A DNA stretch of 64,000 bases from Desulfatiglandales bacterium (GTDB lineage Bacteria > Desulfobacterota > DSM-4660 > Desulfatiglandales > Desulfatiglandaceae), in contig OY762721.1 of assembly GCA_963666345.1 (NCBI GenBank), forward strand, positions 2,880,001-2,944,000. The letters run 5' to 3'. This document shows, piece after piece, positions 36,647 to 46,272 of the stretch. The notes under the pieces were generated by a model. It was not told the DNA's origin. It was given only the letters and a program-made list of their open reading frames with translations, and did no database searches. Numbering within the stretch: position 1 is the first letter of the stretch; each line of letters begins with the position of its first letter. Made by a program: the position numbers and the translations under genes.

Positions 36647-37621
36647 CTACTCGATCTTCCAGTATTTCATGTCGAATTCTTCACCCTTTCTTTCCACATG
36701 AGCTGTTACTGCTTTTTCCATGCCATCAAAAGCTGCTATAGACTGTATCTCAAAAAATGCGCTTGATGTCTTGATTAATTCTCCCGTAATTTCGATTCCG
36801 CTCATTCCCGGAACATCCTTATACCAGGTAGGAGAACTAAGGTCTGCTTCATCCTCCTGACGATAAGATGCCAATCCTTCAGCCATTTCCTGATCTATTT
36901 GATCCGACAGGGAACGAATCACAATCGGATCAGCAGTATTTATGTTTATTTTTCCATCTCCGTATACAGTCAAAAAGTGCAGGATTCCGGGTTGAACCTC
37001 ACCTCCGTATATCAATCCTTCTGTAACGCCTCTGACCAGCAGGAGTTCCTCCAACGTTTCAATCGGCCCGTTTCTACAGAAATAGGGACTTTCAAGGGAC
37101 GTATAATAGCTTTTCTCCGCTCCAAACCTGGTGACTTCGTCATCCCTGTCTATCCAGTCCTTTATAGCATCTATTATGTTTCCTATATCTTCTTCATTCA
37201 GATTGAACTCCTCCAGGCTCAGGAACTTTCTCAAGAGGCCATCCTGGGTTTCATTGTATTCTCCGGTTTCACCTATAAGCTTGTTGATGTTTATCCTGCC
37301 TGAATGATCGATTATACTCACCCGAAGCTTTCCCTTATCAAAAAGGGCATCCGCCCCGGAGGATAGGACCGCCGGATCAGCCCAAAACTCACTCAATGCG
37401 TCAAAGTCACTTTCAAGGCCGTCTTCATGAAGAACTGCGAGGCAGTAATCAAATCCTGATCTTGCCATTGAATCCAGGATTACGGCCTCTCCAAAATTAG
37501 TGGCTTCTGTAAGATCAGATCTCATTTCCTTATTGAAATCAATAGTCAATGCAACCAGGAGACTTACGATCATGATAGTTAGAATTAGAGCAAAGCCGTT
37601 TTTATTCCTAAATAAGCTCAT
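36647..37621 (-). CDS. gspK: T2SS minor pseudopilin GspK
   Basis: GFALILTI, GRININKL, DWID, EELLLVRGVT, KININTA. Confidence 0.93.
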   Translation of the reverse strand: MSLFRNKNGFALILTIMIVSLLVALTIDFNKEMRSDLTEATNFGEAVILDSMARSGFDYCLAVLHEDGLESDFDALSEFWADPAVLSSGADALFDKGKLRVSIIDHSGRININKLIGETGEYNETQDGLLRKFLSLEEFNLNEEDIGNIIDAIKDWIDRDDEVTRFGAEKSYYTSLESPYFCRNGPIETLEELLLVRGVTEGLIYGGEVQPGILHFLTVYGDGKININTADPIVIRSLSDQIDQEMAEGLASYRQEDEADLSSPTWYKDVPGMSGIEITGELIKTSSAFFEIQSIAAFDGMEKAVTAHVERKGEEFDMKYWKIE

Positions 37622-38312
37622 TTTTGGCCTTTGCCATCGGTATACGAACAGAAGTAAAAAACTTGAGTGTTGATCCAGGCGCTGCGCTATTCGAAAATTC
37701 CATTTCTATGGAAACCAGATTCGGCAACCTGTCTTTGAATTCCTCGCCCTCGGAATCCCATCTATCATATTCCATACCCTGCTCATCATAATAGGTGAAA
37801 TTCAACGAGATGAGGTTGTCGCACAGAAGAAAACCTGAGGTAGCTTTTTCAGGTGCTTCCTGAAAGATATGAGTGTCTGAACGAAAGAGCGACAGAAAAC
37901 CTTTTTCAGCTGACTGTAGCAAATAATACTCTATCTCGGAGGCATCGGGTTCAATACTTTCCTCTTCAAATATGATATGGGATCTTGAAAAAAATACGAT
38001 GCTATCGGCCCGATTGTTTTTTATTTCGCCATTTTCGCCCTTAAAGAAGGGTTTTTTCAACTGACTGTTATCTGATATTTCACCGCTCAAAGAACCAGCG
38101 ATATACGAAGACTCCAGATCCTCCCTGATTCTCTCGGATGCTATCCTCGCCATTGAGTAGATGTCACTTTGGGATTGAGTTTCATTAATAATTCTTATCC
38201 CTCCGGTATATGCGGTGAACACTATTGATACAATAACTGCCAGGATGGCAGTTGCGATGAGTATCTCGATCAGAGTAAAACCACGGGACTCTTTTTTTCC
38301 TGAAAAGATCAT
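37608..38312 (-). CDS. gspJ: T2SS minor pseudopilin GspJ
   Basis: RGFTLIEILIA prepilin motif; WDS..LP..V C-terminus. Confidence 0.85.
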   Translation of the reverse strand: MIFSGKKESRGFTLIEILIATAILAVIVSIVFTAYTGGIRIINETQSQSDIYSMARIASERIREDLESSYIAGSLSGEISDNSQLKKPFFKGENGEIKNNRADSIVFFSRSHIIFEEESIEPDASEIEYYLLQSAEKGFLSLFRSDTHIFQEAPEKATSGFLLCDNLISLNFTYYDEQGMEYDRWDSEGEEFKDRLPNLVSIEMEFSNSAAPGSTLKFFTSVRIPMAKAKNELI

Positions 38313-38316
38313 CCTC

Positions 38317-38775
38317 CTATCCTGTTTTCTGAAAAAAAAGATAACGTCTCAAGTTATATTGATATCTCTTATCTTCACCCCAATATACTGTAAGATCTAT
38401 CTGCTTTAGATAATCGGAAACTTTTTTAGGCTCGTAAAAAAAGGCGTCCTTTATTGTGATTTCCCAGACATAACCGCAAAAATCATCTCCAAAATCCCCG
38501 GAACCGCTGGAGAGTTTTTCAAGATCCGTGGAAGCCACTTCCGCTATCCTGCTCTGAGCCAGAAGAGCTGCAGTCGTGTTGAATTTTGCATCAGCGGCCA
38601 GATAAACGCTTTGGGACTGAGAACCCAATACGGCCGACAGGGCAATGGCGATTATAGACATGGCTACCATTACCTCCAGCAATGTGAACCCCGGCTGTAA
38701 TAGGTCCCCTTTTTTATTCCTGATGTAAGAACTTTTGTTATAGGTCCTCAAAATCCACATACCCATCCAGGACAC
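38317..38775 (-). CDS. gspI: T2SS minor pseudopilin GspI (start uncertain)
   Basis: GFTLLEVMVAMSI prepilin motif; gene order. Confidence 0.82.
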   Translation of the reverse strand: MSWMGMWILRTYNKSSYIRNKKGDLLQPGFTLLEVMVAMSIIAIALSAVLGSQSQSVYLAADAKFNTTAALLAQSRIAEVASTDLEKLSSGSGDFGDDFCGYVWEITIKDAFFYEPKKVSDYLKQIDLTVYWGEDKRYQYNLRRYLFFQKTG

Positions 38776-39241
38776 TTACCCCCGGCATAAAGGGACCAAT
38801 CAAAAGGGTGATGGTCCGTTCCCCCTGGTTGCTTAAGTGTATTGCCGTCTGCTGTGCGTAGCCCTTTCTATTGTACCTCATTACAACCTCGCCCATTACC
38901 TTTTTACCTGTGCCCCGCAACCAGATATCCTGGAATTCCACACCAACCGGAAGGGATGAAGCGTCTTCCCTTGCAGCAATTCGATCTTCCTCAGTCATAT
39001 CAGGTGATCCAACCCAATACATGTTGGAGTCAAGATCGATAAAGAGGAGTGTGGGTCTGTATTCCCTTACCGACTCACCCCTCAGAGTATTTATGACCGA
39101 AATTAACCTGCGGGTTGAACTTTTGAGACTGTCTGTCAAAAGAGTTGAGCGAACCCTCGGAACGGCTAAAGATAAAAAGACGCCTATCAAAATAACAACA
39201 ACCGTTAATTCAATGAAGGTGTATCCCCTGTTATCCTTCAT
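38738..39241 (-). CDS. gspH: T2SS minor pseudopilin GspH
   Basis: RGYTFIELTVV prepilin motif; follows gspG. Confidence 0.82.
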   Translation of the reverse strand: MKDNRGYTFIELTVVVILIGVFLSLAVPRVRSTLLTDSLKSSTRRLISVINTLRGESVREYRPTLLFIDLDSNMYWVGSPDMTEEDRIAAREDASSLPVGVEFQDIWLRGTGKKVMGEVVMRYNRKGYAQQTAIHLSNQGERTITLLIGPFMPGVSVLDGYVDFEDL

Positions 39242-39263
39242 TGCGTTGAACTCAAAAAGGGAC

Positions 39264-39725
39264 TTATTCCAAGTCCCAGTTGTTAACGTCCTTATCTTCA
39301 CCATCTCCTCCAGGTTGTCCGTCAGGTCCGTAGGAAGTTAGGTCAAAATACCCGTGCATTCCCGGGCTGAGATATATGTAGTCATTTCCCCATGGGTCGG
39401 CGGGAACCTTTCCCTTTTCCAGATACCCTCCCTCTCTCCAGTTTTTCGGAAGAACTCCCACAGTGGGCGGTTCTATAAGGGCCTGAAGACCCTGCTCTGT
39501 AGTCGGGTATGCACCGCTATCCAGTTTGTAAAGCTTAAGTGCGGTCTCAATGCTCTCGATCTGCACCTTTGCCTTCATTCTTCTTGCCTCCTCGGGTCGT
39601 CCCATAATCCTGGGAATTATAAGTCCGGCAAGGATGCCCAGGATAACAATCACAACCATAAGCTCGATCAGGGTAAATCCCTTCAAGAATATATCTCCTT
39701 GAAAGGGTCCTTTTTGTCTTATCAT
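39264..39725 (-). CDS. gspG: T2SS major pseudopilin GspG
   Basis: [45 protein letters not shown]. Confidence 0.96.
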   Translation of the reverse strand: MIRQKGPFQGDIFLKGFTLIELMVVIVILGILAGLIIPRIMGRPEEARRMKAKVQIESIETALKLYKLDSGAYPTTEQGLQALIEPPTVGVLPKNWREGGYLEKGKVPADPWGNDYIYLSPGMHGYFDLTSYGPDGQPGGDGEDKDVNNWDLE

Positions 39726-39761
39726 TATTTTTTCCCTCCAGGATTCCGGATTTCAGCTGCA

Positions 39762-40988
39762 TTATCGTATCATCTGGTTCATTTCAAATATCGGCAAGAG
39801 TATCGACACTACTATAAAACCGACAACCAGCCCCATTACCAAAATCATTACCGGCTCAAGCATCGATGTCATTGCCATAATTTTGGACTCCGTTTCTCCT
39901 TCATAAATATCTGCTACCTTGTCCAGCATGCCTTCGATCTCACCGCTCTGCTCACCAACGGAAATCATCTGAACAGCAATACCGGGGAACCATCTGCTTA
40001 AAGACAGGGGAGCGGAAAGGCTTTTACCTGCCTCAATCTCTTCCATGGCGTTATCAACCACTTCTGCTATCAGAACATTGTTCACTATATTTTTGACAAT
40101 CCTGAGTGAGGTTATAAGTGGGACTCCGCTTCTAAGGAGACTCGCAAGTGTCCTTGAAAACCGGACCATTGCCATTTTTGTGTTGATAGCGCCAAGAACG
40201 GGCATACGCAACTTGATATCATCCCAGATGTGTCTACCCCTTGATGTCTTAATCAGTCCCCGTATTCCAAACCACGCAAGGCCTATGACACCGAGAAGCG
40301 CCCACCAAAAATACTTTAAAAATGAACTTATGCCTATCATTATTATGGTTACAAGGGGGAGGGTCTGCTTCATCTCCGTGAATATCCCCGTAATATTAGG
40401 CACAATGAATGTTATCAGAAAAAAGAGTATTAACGCTCCGATAAGAAACATAAACACCGGGTAGGCCATTGCAGCCTTGAAACGTCCTCTGAGTGCCTGC
40501 TGGCGTTCGCTGAAATCGGCAAGCCTTGAAAGTACCAGATCAAGTGAACCGGAGGCCTCACCCGCTTTAACCATATTGATATAGACCTGCGAAAAAACTT
40601 TCTTGTGCTGTGATAGTGCAAAAGCAAGACTGTTTCCTTCGTTCACCGATTCTTTGATCTGGGCCATAACCCTTTTTAGGAGTGGGTTGGAAATTTGGGA
40701 GATCAGTGCATCAAGTGAACCTACCAGTGTAACCCCCGCTCCAAGAAGAATTGCCAACTGCCTTGTTGTGACGGATAATTCGGCAGGCCTGATCCTTTTG
40801 AAAATTCCGGAAAAAGAGACCTGTTTTGAAACAATATCCTTTGGTTTTGAAGTCGTCTCCTTTATCTCTACCGGAAATGCACCCCTCCCTCTCAGCTTCT
40901 GTCTGGCAGCAACAGCGCTGTCCGCGTCAATAATTCCCTTTTTATTCTTGCCCGCCTTATCAAGTGCGGTATATTCATAAACAGGCAT
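39762..40988 (-). CDS. gspF: T2SS inner membrane protein GspF
   Basis: MPVYEYTA, TRQLAILL, AGEASGSL, AMAYP, GEQSG, LEP..I..MG. Confidence 0.95.
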   Translation of the reverse strand: MPVYEYTALDKAGKNKKGIIDADSAVAARQKLRGRGAFPVEIKETTSKPKDIVSKQVSFSGIFKRIRPAELSVTTRQLAILLGAGVTLVGSLDALISQISNPLLKRVMAQIKESVNEGNSLAFALSQHKKVFSQVYINMVKAGEASGSLDLVLSRLADFSERQQALRGRFKAAMAYPVFMFLIGALILFFLITFIVPNITGIFTEMKQTLPLVTIIMIGISSFLKYFWWALLGVIGLAWFGIRGLIKTSRGRHIWDDIKLRMPVLGAINTKMAMVRFSRTLASLLRSGVPLITSLRIVKNIVNNVLIAEVVDNAMEEIEAGKSLSAPLSLSRWFPGIAVQMISVGEQSGEIEGMLDKVADIYEGETESKIMAMTSMLEPVMILVMGLVVGFIVVSILLPIFEMNQMIR

Positions 40989-40994
40989 AATTAG

Positions 40995-41219
40995 TTAGTT
41001 TTCATCCATAAAAGGCTCTTTTTCACAATCTCTGCGTCAATCTGCAGGATCACTTGTGCGGCGTAGTCCACTACGCCTCCGCGCAATTACTTGATTTTCT
41101 TTGCTGGGCTCAGTTTCACCCCTTGACAGGCTCCCGGTTTCTTGATTTTAGACAAGATTTTTCATTCCTGATCCGGAAACTTGTCAGAGCCCTTTATTTG
41201 ATTCATGGATGGGCTAATT
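40995..41219. repeat. MITE-like element with catccat/atggatg ends and internal gcgtag-tcca-ctacgc hairpin
   Basis: Ends ttagttttcatccataaa / ttcatggatgggctaa resemble family B termini. Confidence 0.5.
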
Positions 41220-41679
41220 ATAAAAATTGTAAAATTTGTTTTTCATACTACAACTTATTAATATTACTGTTTATTTAGTGAAAAGTCAATTTTATTCCAT
41301 CACCTAGCATTTCACGCATTTAATTGATTATCAGCTTTATTTTGTTATCTAATTTAGCCTTTATGATTGATTTTTTGAACCTATGAAAATTTTTGTCATT
41401 ATATGAAAACAAGAGGTTGTAATAATATCGGATATATATCCGCTTAATCAAGGGAATGTTAAACTTGTGTTGGCAATGGCATATTGATATTAATTTTTTG
41501 AAAAACAAGAAGGATAGGTCCATCTATGCCGCTTGGCTTGACTTCTCGGTCTCCCTTAGATAATTTTTATAAAAATGACTATCCCTGTTTTGCCAGCAAC
41601 ATTCAAGAGCCATGCTGGATATTTGATCTGAAATGACGGCGCAATTATAATTATCAAGTCCTCTTGGGGGAATGGTTTT

Positions 41680-42615
41680 ATGTCAGAGTATATACGCAAA
41701 AATACATCCCTTTATGTAATTGTGCTGATGGCCCTTATCCTTTTCTGTCCTCCTGCTTATTCAGAGCGAATCATCCTAGACAGTGAAGAGATATTTTCTT
41801 CAGCTCAGTCCCATATTGAGGGGGGTGATTTCAAAGAGGGCCTTGGCGAGCTGGAAACATTCGTCCATTTTTTCCCTAAAAATAAAAAGATGGAAGAGGC
41901 ACTTTACCTTATTGGAGTCTGTTATCTGGAAATAGGCCTTCACGAAAAGGCAAGAGACTTATTTTCCAGGGTGCTAATGTCCTCTAAAAAGAAAGAGCTC
42001 AACACCAGGACCCTTTTTATGACCGGTGAATCCTATTATCAGCAGCGAATATACGCGGAAGCTGAATTTTATTTTACCAGGGTCATCAATTCTTCTCCAT
42101 CAAAAGAACTAAAAAATGCATCGTTTTACAGACTGGCGTGGACAAGAGTGCAGCAGGATAAATGGGAAGAAGCATCCTCCTTTTTCAAGAGAGTAGAAAA
42201 AGGCGACAACTACCATCCTTTATCTCAAAAACTGGCTGAAGAGAGCCTCAAAGGGAAAATCCTGATGCAAAAAGATCCTATAGCAGGCGGAACGCTGGCA
42301 GCCATGCTTCCCGGTCTGGGTCATGCCTATTGCTATCGTTATCGTGATGCCTTAATATCCTTTTTTTTAAATGGCCTGTTCATATGGGCGGCAGTTGAGT
42401 CCTTTGACGAGGACCATGACGCGCTGGGAGGGGTATTATCCTTTCTCGAACTCGGCTGGTATAGCGGTAACATTTACAGCGCTGTCAATGTCGCCCATAA
42501 ACATAACAAAAAGGTGCGGGAGGATTTTAAAAAAGGTCTTGAAGACAGGGTCGAGCTGCATTTTTTTACAGGAAAAAGTAATACAGCGGGTATAGCCTTT
42601 AGAGTTAACTTCTGA
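41680..42615 (+). CDS. Exported tetratricopeptide-repeat protein with hydrophobic C-terminal region
   Basis: Signal peptide, BamD/CpoB-like TPRs, LPGLGHAY TM2-like motif. Confidence 0.75.
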   Translation: MSEYIRKNTSLYVIVLMALILFCPPAYSERIILDSEEIFSSAQSHIEGGDFKEGLGELETFVHFFPKNKKMEEALYLIGVCYLEIGLHEKARDLFSRVLMSSKKKELNTRTLFMTGESYYQQRIYAEAEFYFTRVINSSPSKELKNASFYRLAWTRVQQDKWEEASSFFKRVEKGDNYHPLSQKLAEESLKGKILMQKDPIAGGTLAAMLPGLGHAYCYRYRDALISFFLNGLFIWAAVESFDEDHDALGGVLSFLELGWYSGNIYSAVNVAHKHNKKVREDFKKGLEDRVELHFFTGKSNTAGIAFRVNF

Positions 42616-42663
42616 AACGCCCCCCTCAAATTCCTTCGTATTTCATCAGGCTTAGGAGTTATG

Positions 42664-43043
42664 ATTAAAAATTGTGTATAGAGGTAAAAGCGGTATATCC
42701 GCCGGTTGATTGTTTAGGCGCAGACGACCGGCCACATCAAAATCCTGGTTAATTTAACTACAGATGGATTTATGCCCCAAGTAGACGATACAGCTGACCG
42801 ATGGACTAATCCTAGGACATTTTATTTGAGTAATACAATCAGGTAAGGCTGGCTGGGCTACTGTACTGATGGCGTATTCTTTGGGAAAGACCTTATGGTT
42901 ACGCATGGTATCTACAGAACCAGGTTCTTTAATTACTATCGTCCATATTAATGATTAGTTATCTCTGCTGTCCCAAGGTTTTTGGATGACGCATGCCAGG
43001 TGGTATGAAAGGGGGAGGTCGTGAGACCTCCCCCTATTAGGTT
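42664..43043 (+). pseudogene. Fossil group II intron 3' part (maturase fragments + D5/D6)
   Basis: gcatgccaggtggtatgaaagggggaggtcgtgagacctcccccta parallels D5/D6 of the intron at 11420-15208; peptide relics LKIVYRGKSG, IR*GWLGY, WRILWERP. Confidence 0.65.
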
Positions 43044-43051
43044 CAGCGGCC

Positions 43052-44227
43052 TTAAACCGAGACCGAAGGAAGCGGTTCTATGGGTTCCGAAAAAAAGAAT
43101 TTTCCTTCCTCCAACCACTGCCTGAGTATCTGAGCAATCTCTTTTGCCATCATGTATGAGGAAAGCGGGACAGTTGGGACATCCTTGTCGGCGAAACGAA
43201 TCGAGCCGCTTTTGAGCTCTGCATAGCTGACCTTCCGGAGACATTTCGCTTCCCCTTTCGGATAATCTTTCCCGTAATCTATCAGCTGGGTATAGATGTC
43301 ATCATCTGAGACACCTGTAAAACGGGCGATTTTTTCATTCAAGATAGGTATTGGTATGCCGATTCCTACCGCCAGGGAGCAGCCGTAGCCGAGCATGCTT
43401 ATCCCGACCAGCCATTTAGGATCCATTTCCTTGAGCTCTCCCTTTACCATGAGTGTGCCTCCCGGTGTAAGGGGTACTCCGTTTGCGCCTCTTTTTACGT
43501 CCGGATTGTGCTGAGTTCCGGGGCCTATCACATGACCTATGGCACCCCCCAGAAAGATACGGGTTCCCATTCCGATAGTCATGTAATAGGGGTCGTTCAA
43601 AAGAGGGCTCAATTGACCCGAGGTCGAGTAATTGGCATTGCCCCCGTTAGGTTTCAGGACTCCCATATAGGTATAAACGGTCTTTTTTGAAAGATTTATG
43701 GCACAGTTGTAATTCTGGTAACAGTTACGTGGGCTTACAAGCGCTGCAAAGGGCAGGTCCGACAATGTGAGTTTTTTCTTTGCCTCTTTGTTCGGATAAC
43801 AGTCCGTGCCGTATGATGTCGCCCTGAGCTCAACCCTTTTCCCTGCCAGCAGATCCTGAATGACATGACCTCCTCCGTATTTGAACTGCCCGGGGTGCAC
43901 CATGTTCAGCGGGTCGTCTTCCGCAGGCTCGGTTGCTCCTATGTAGGTGTCTACGGCCGCCAGTCCGCCATAGGCGGGAACGCCGTTTAACCATACGCGT
44001 GAGGCCCTTATCGCAGGTTTTGTATGACCGAAATTTATGAATGCCCCGGAAGAACACATCGGCGCAAATGTCCCTGTGGTTACAACATCGATTTCCTTTG
44101 CAGCTTTTTGGGGACCCTTTTTCCTTACAAGATCCGTCATTTCATCCGCTGTTATGATTACGGCCTTGCCCTGTTTCAGGCGGCGGTTGATTTCCTGAAT
44201 CGTTTTGGAATTCTTGCGTTCGGCCAT
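43052..44227 (-). CDS. Homocysteine biosynthesis protein (L-aspartate semialdehyde sulfurtransferase, DUF39/MA1821-like)
   Basis: KTIQEIN, DVVTTGTFAPMCSSG, GGGHVI, PRNCYQNY, GQLSPLLNDP, GIGIPIPILNE. Confidence 0.85.
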   Translation of the reverse strand: MAERKNSKTIQEINRRLKQGKAVIITADEMTDLVRKKGPQKAAKEIDVVTTGTFAPMCSSGAFINFGHTKPAIRASRVWLNGVPAYGGLAAVDTYIGATEPAEDDPLNMVHPGQFKYGGGHVIQDLLAGKRVELRATSYGTDCYPNKEAKKKLTLSDLPFAALVSPRNCYQNYNCAINLSKKTVYTYMGVLKPNGGNANYSTSGQLSPLLNDPYYMTIGMGTRIFLGGAIGHVIGPGTQHNPDVKRGANGVPLTPGGTLMVKGELKEMDPKWLVGISMLGYGCSLAVGIGIPIPILNEKIARFTGVSDDDIYTQLIDYGKDYPKGEAKCLRKVSYAELKSGSIRFADKDVPTVPLSSYMMAKEIAQILRQWLEEGKFFFSEPIEPLPSVSV

Positions 44228-44370
44228 AAGATGCCCACTCCCTTTGAGATGATTTAAGAAGTGATGATAGTGCTTCTGTTTTTACATGACAAGCAAAACT
44301 TAAGAACCATACTGCATGAATTTGACTCAGGCTGATTTATTTTAAGCTTGGGTGAAATGATTTTCCCTGA

Positions 44371-44497
44371 CTAGTGTTTGTCACTCACGCTATCAGCAAT
44401 CAGCTCTCAGCAAAAGATCCGTAATATCAACTTATTGGCCGTTTACTGATTGCTGACAGCGACATCAGGAAATGAACCATTTCCGGATTGGCACTAA
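44371..44497. repeat. MITE/repeat family B (inverted relative to 26331)
   Basis: cgctatcagcaatcagctctcagc...atatcaacttattggc...atttccggattggcacta matches the reverse complement of 26331-26460. Confidence 0.7.
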
Positions 44498-44737
44498 CTT
44501 AGGTTTCGACAAAGAGGCCCCTTAAACCAAGGCGGATAACCGATTGAGGCCGTATTATTTGATCCTGTTTGCAGTCATTCTGTTAGGGCGCACCGTAATA
44601 GATTATTTGAACAGGATGGGGTGGGTGATGGAACTTATGCCGGTTATGCCCTGGGGGTGACCCTGGGGCGGAAATATTGACTTTCTCCATCCCTTCCTAT
44701 AACAATACCTAGAAAAATAAGTATTGAAGCCTGGCGG

Positions 44738-45565
44738 ATGGAGACAATGGAAGAGCTATTTGATATAGGCAACTACAGGATCGGAAAAGGCGGACCTTTT
44801 TTCCTTATTTCAGGCCCCTGTGTGATAGAAAACAGGGATATTACCCTTGAAACAGCCGAGTTTTTAAAAGAAACCGCCGGAGATCTGGATATCCCGGTGA
44901 TATTCAAATCCTCCTATGATAAGGCAAACAGGACTTCCGTTACCTCATACAGGGGACCGGGCATCAAACAGGGTCTCGAGATCTTAAGTGAGGTGAAAAG
45001 GCTTACCGGACTTCCGGTCATATCCGACATACATGGTAGAGACGAAATTGAGAGAGCTTCGGATGTCCTTGACGTCATACAGATCCCGGCTTTTTTATGC
45101 CGTCAGACCGATCTGTTGCTTGAGGCCGGCCGTACGGGGGTCCCGGTGAATCTCAAAAAGGGCCAGTTTCTGTCTCCCTGGGACATGAAACAGGCGCTTG
45201 ACAAGGTGACTTCCACCGGCAATCGGTCAGTGCTGTTGACGGAACGAGGGACTTGCTTTGGTTATAATAACCTGGTCGTTGACATGAGGGCGATCCCGAT
45301 TATGGGCGATTCCGGTTTTCCGGTGGTTTTTGATGCTACTCACAGTGTCCAGCTACCCGGAGGTGAGGGAACATGTTCCGGGGGGCAGCGTGAATACGTG
45401 ACGCATCTTGCAAGGGCTGCAGTTTCAGCGGGTGCTGATGGGGTTTTTATGGAGGTTCATCCTGATCCTGACAAGGCACTTTGTGACGGCCCTAATTCTT
45501 TGCCTCTCAGCGAACTTAGGCCCCTCCTTCGCGTGCTCAAGCAAATCCATGGTTTAGTAAGGTAG
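44738..45565 (+). CDS. kdsA: KDO-8-phosphate synthase
   Basis: GPCVIE, FKSSYDKANRTS, QIPAFLCRQTDLL, KKGQFLSP, FDATHSVQ. Confidence 0.97.
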   Translation: METMEELFDIGNYRIGKGGPFFLISGPCVIENRDITLETAEFLKETAGDLDIPVIFKSSYDKANRTSVTSYRGPGIKQGLEILSEVKRLTGLPVISDIHGRDEIERASDVLDVIQIPAFLCRQTDLLLEAGRTGVPVNLKKGQFLSPWDMKQALDKVTSTGNRSVLLTERGTCFGYNNLVVDMRAIPIMGDSGFPVVFDATHSVQLPGGEGTCSGGQREYVTHLARAAVSAGADGVFMEVHPDPDKALCDGPNSLPLSELRPLLRVLKQIHGLVR

Positions 45566-45708
45566 AGCCCCCCCCGGTCTCCCTGTTCGGTTTTCGATTA
45601 TGAGTCTTATCCCGCAGGGGGCCTATTGGATCGTATTTATGCATTAAGTTAACCCGCCAGGGCATCCTTTACGAAGCAGTATTAATTTTTTTGATATCTT
45701 TGAGGTAA

Positions 45709-46209
45709 ATGACAATGAGCGGTTTTGATATGTCCGGAATAAAAATGCTGATTCTCGATGTGGACGGAGTGCTGACCGATGGAAAAATATTTATCAACCC
45801 CAGGGGGGAGGAGACAAAATCCTTTAATACGAGGGATGGCCTGGGCATAAAGATGCTGATCAAAAGCGGGGTCGAGGTGGCTATCATATCCGGCAGAAGC
45901 TCGGCAGCTGTTGATTTCCGGGCAAAGGAACTGGGGATCAAGGAGGTCCACCAGGGTATAAAGGACAAAAAGGGCGTCTGTATCAGGCTCATGAAGGACA
46001 GGGGGCTCAAGAAAGGAGAGGCGGCCGCTGTTGGCGACGATATAGTTGATCTGGATATGTTTGATGAATCAGGTCTCGGAATTGCGGTTGCCGATGCCCC
46101 TAAAGAGATCCTCGATGCAGCTGATCTGGTTACAGGCAGAAAGGGCGGCGAAGGAGCTGTGAGAGAAGTGTGTGAGTGGATACTCAAAGGCCATACTGAC
46201 GGAGGCTGA
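45709..46209 (+). CDS. kdsC: KDO-8-phosphate phosphatase
   Basis: LDVDGVLTDG, GDDIVD, GGEGAVREVCE. Confidence 0.93.
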   Translation: MTMSGFDMSGIKMLILDVDGVLTDGKIFINPRGEETKSFNTRDGLGIKMLIKSGVEVAIISGRSSAAVDFRAKELGIKEVHQGIKDKKGVCIRLMKDRGLKKGEAAAVGDDIVDLDMFDESGLGIAVADAPKEILDAADLVTGRKGGEGAVREVCEWILKGHTDGG

Positions 46210-46272
46210 AAATGCCCCTTGAAAATAGGCTTTGCAGAATAAATTTTGCACTGATATACTCAAAATTCTTAT

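Noticed and set aside
26499..40988. Type IV pilus cluster
   Set aside because: GspC-PDZ, GspD N-domains, GspK, GspN, GspG-type major pseudopilin and ExeA are present; no PilT
44228..44370. SAM riboswitch upstream of the homocysteine biosynthesis gene
   Set aside because: No SAM-I core motifs recognisable on the minus strand
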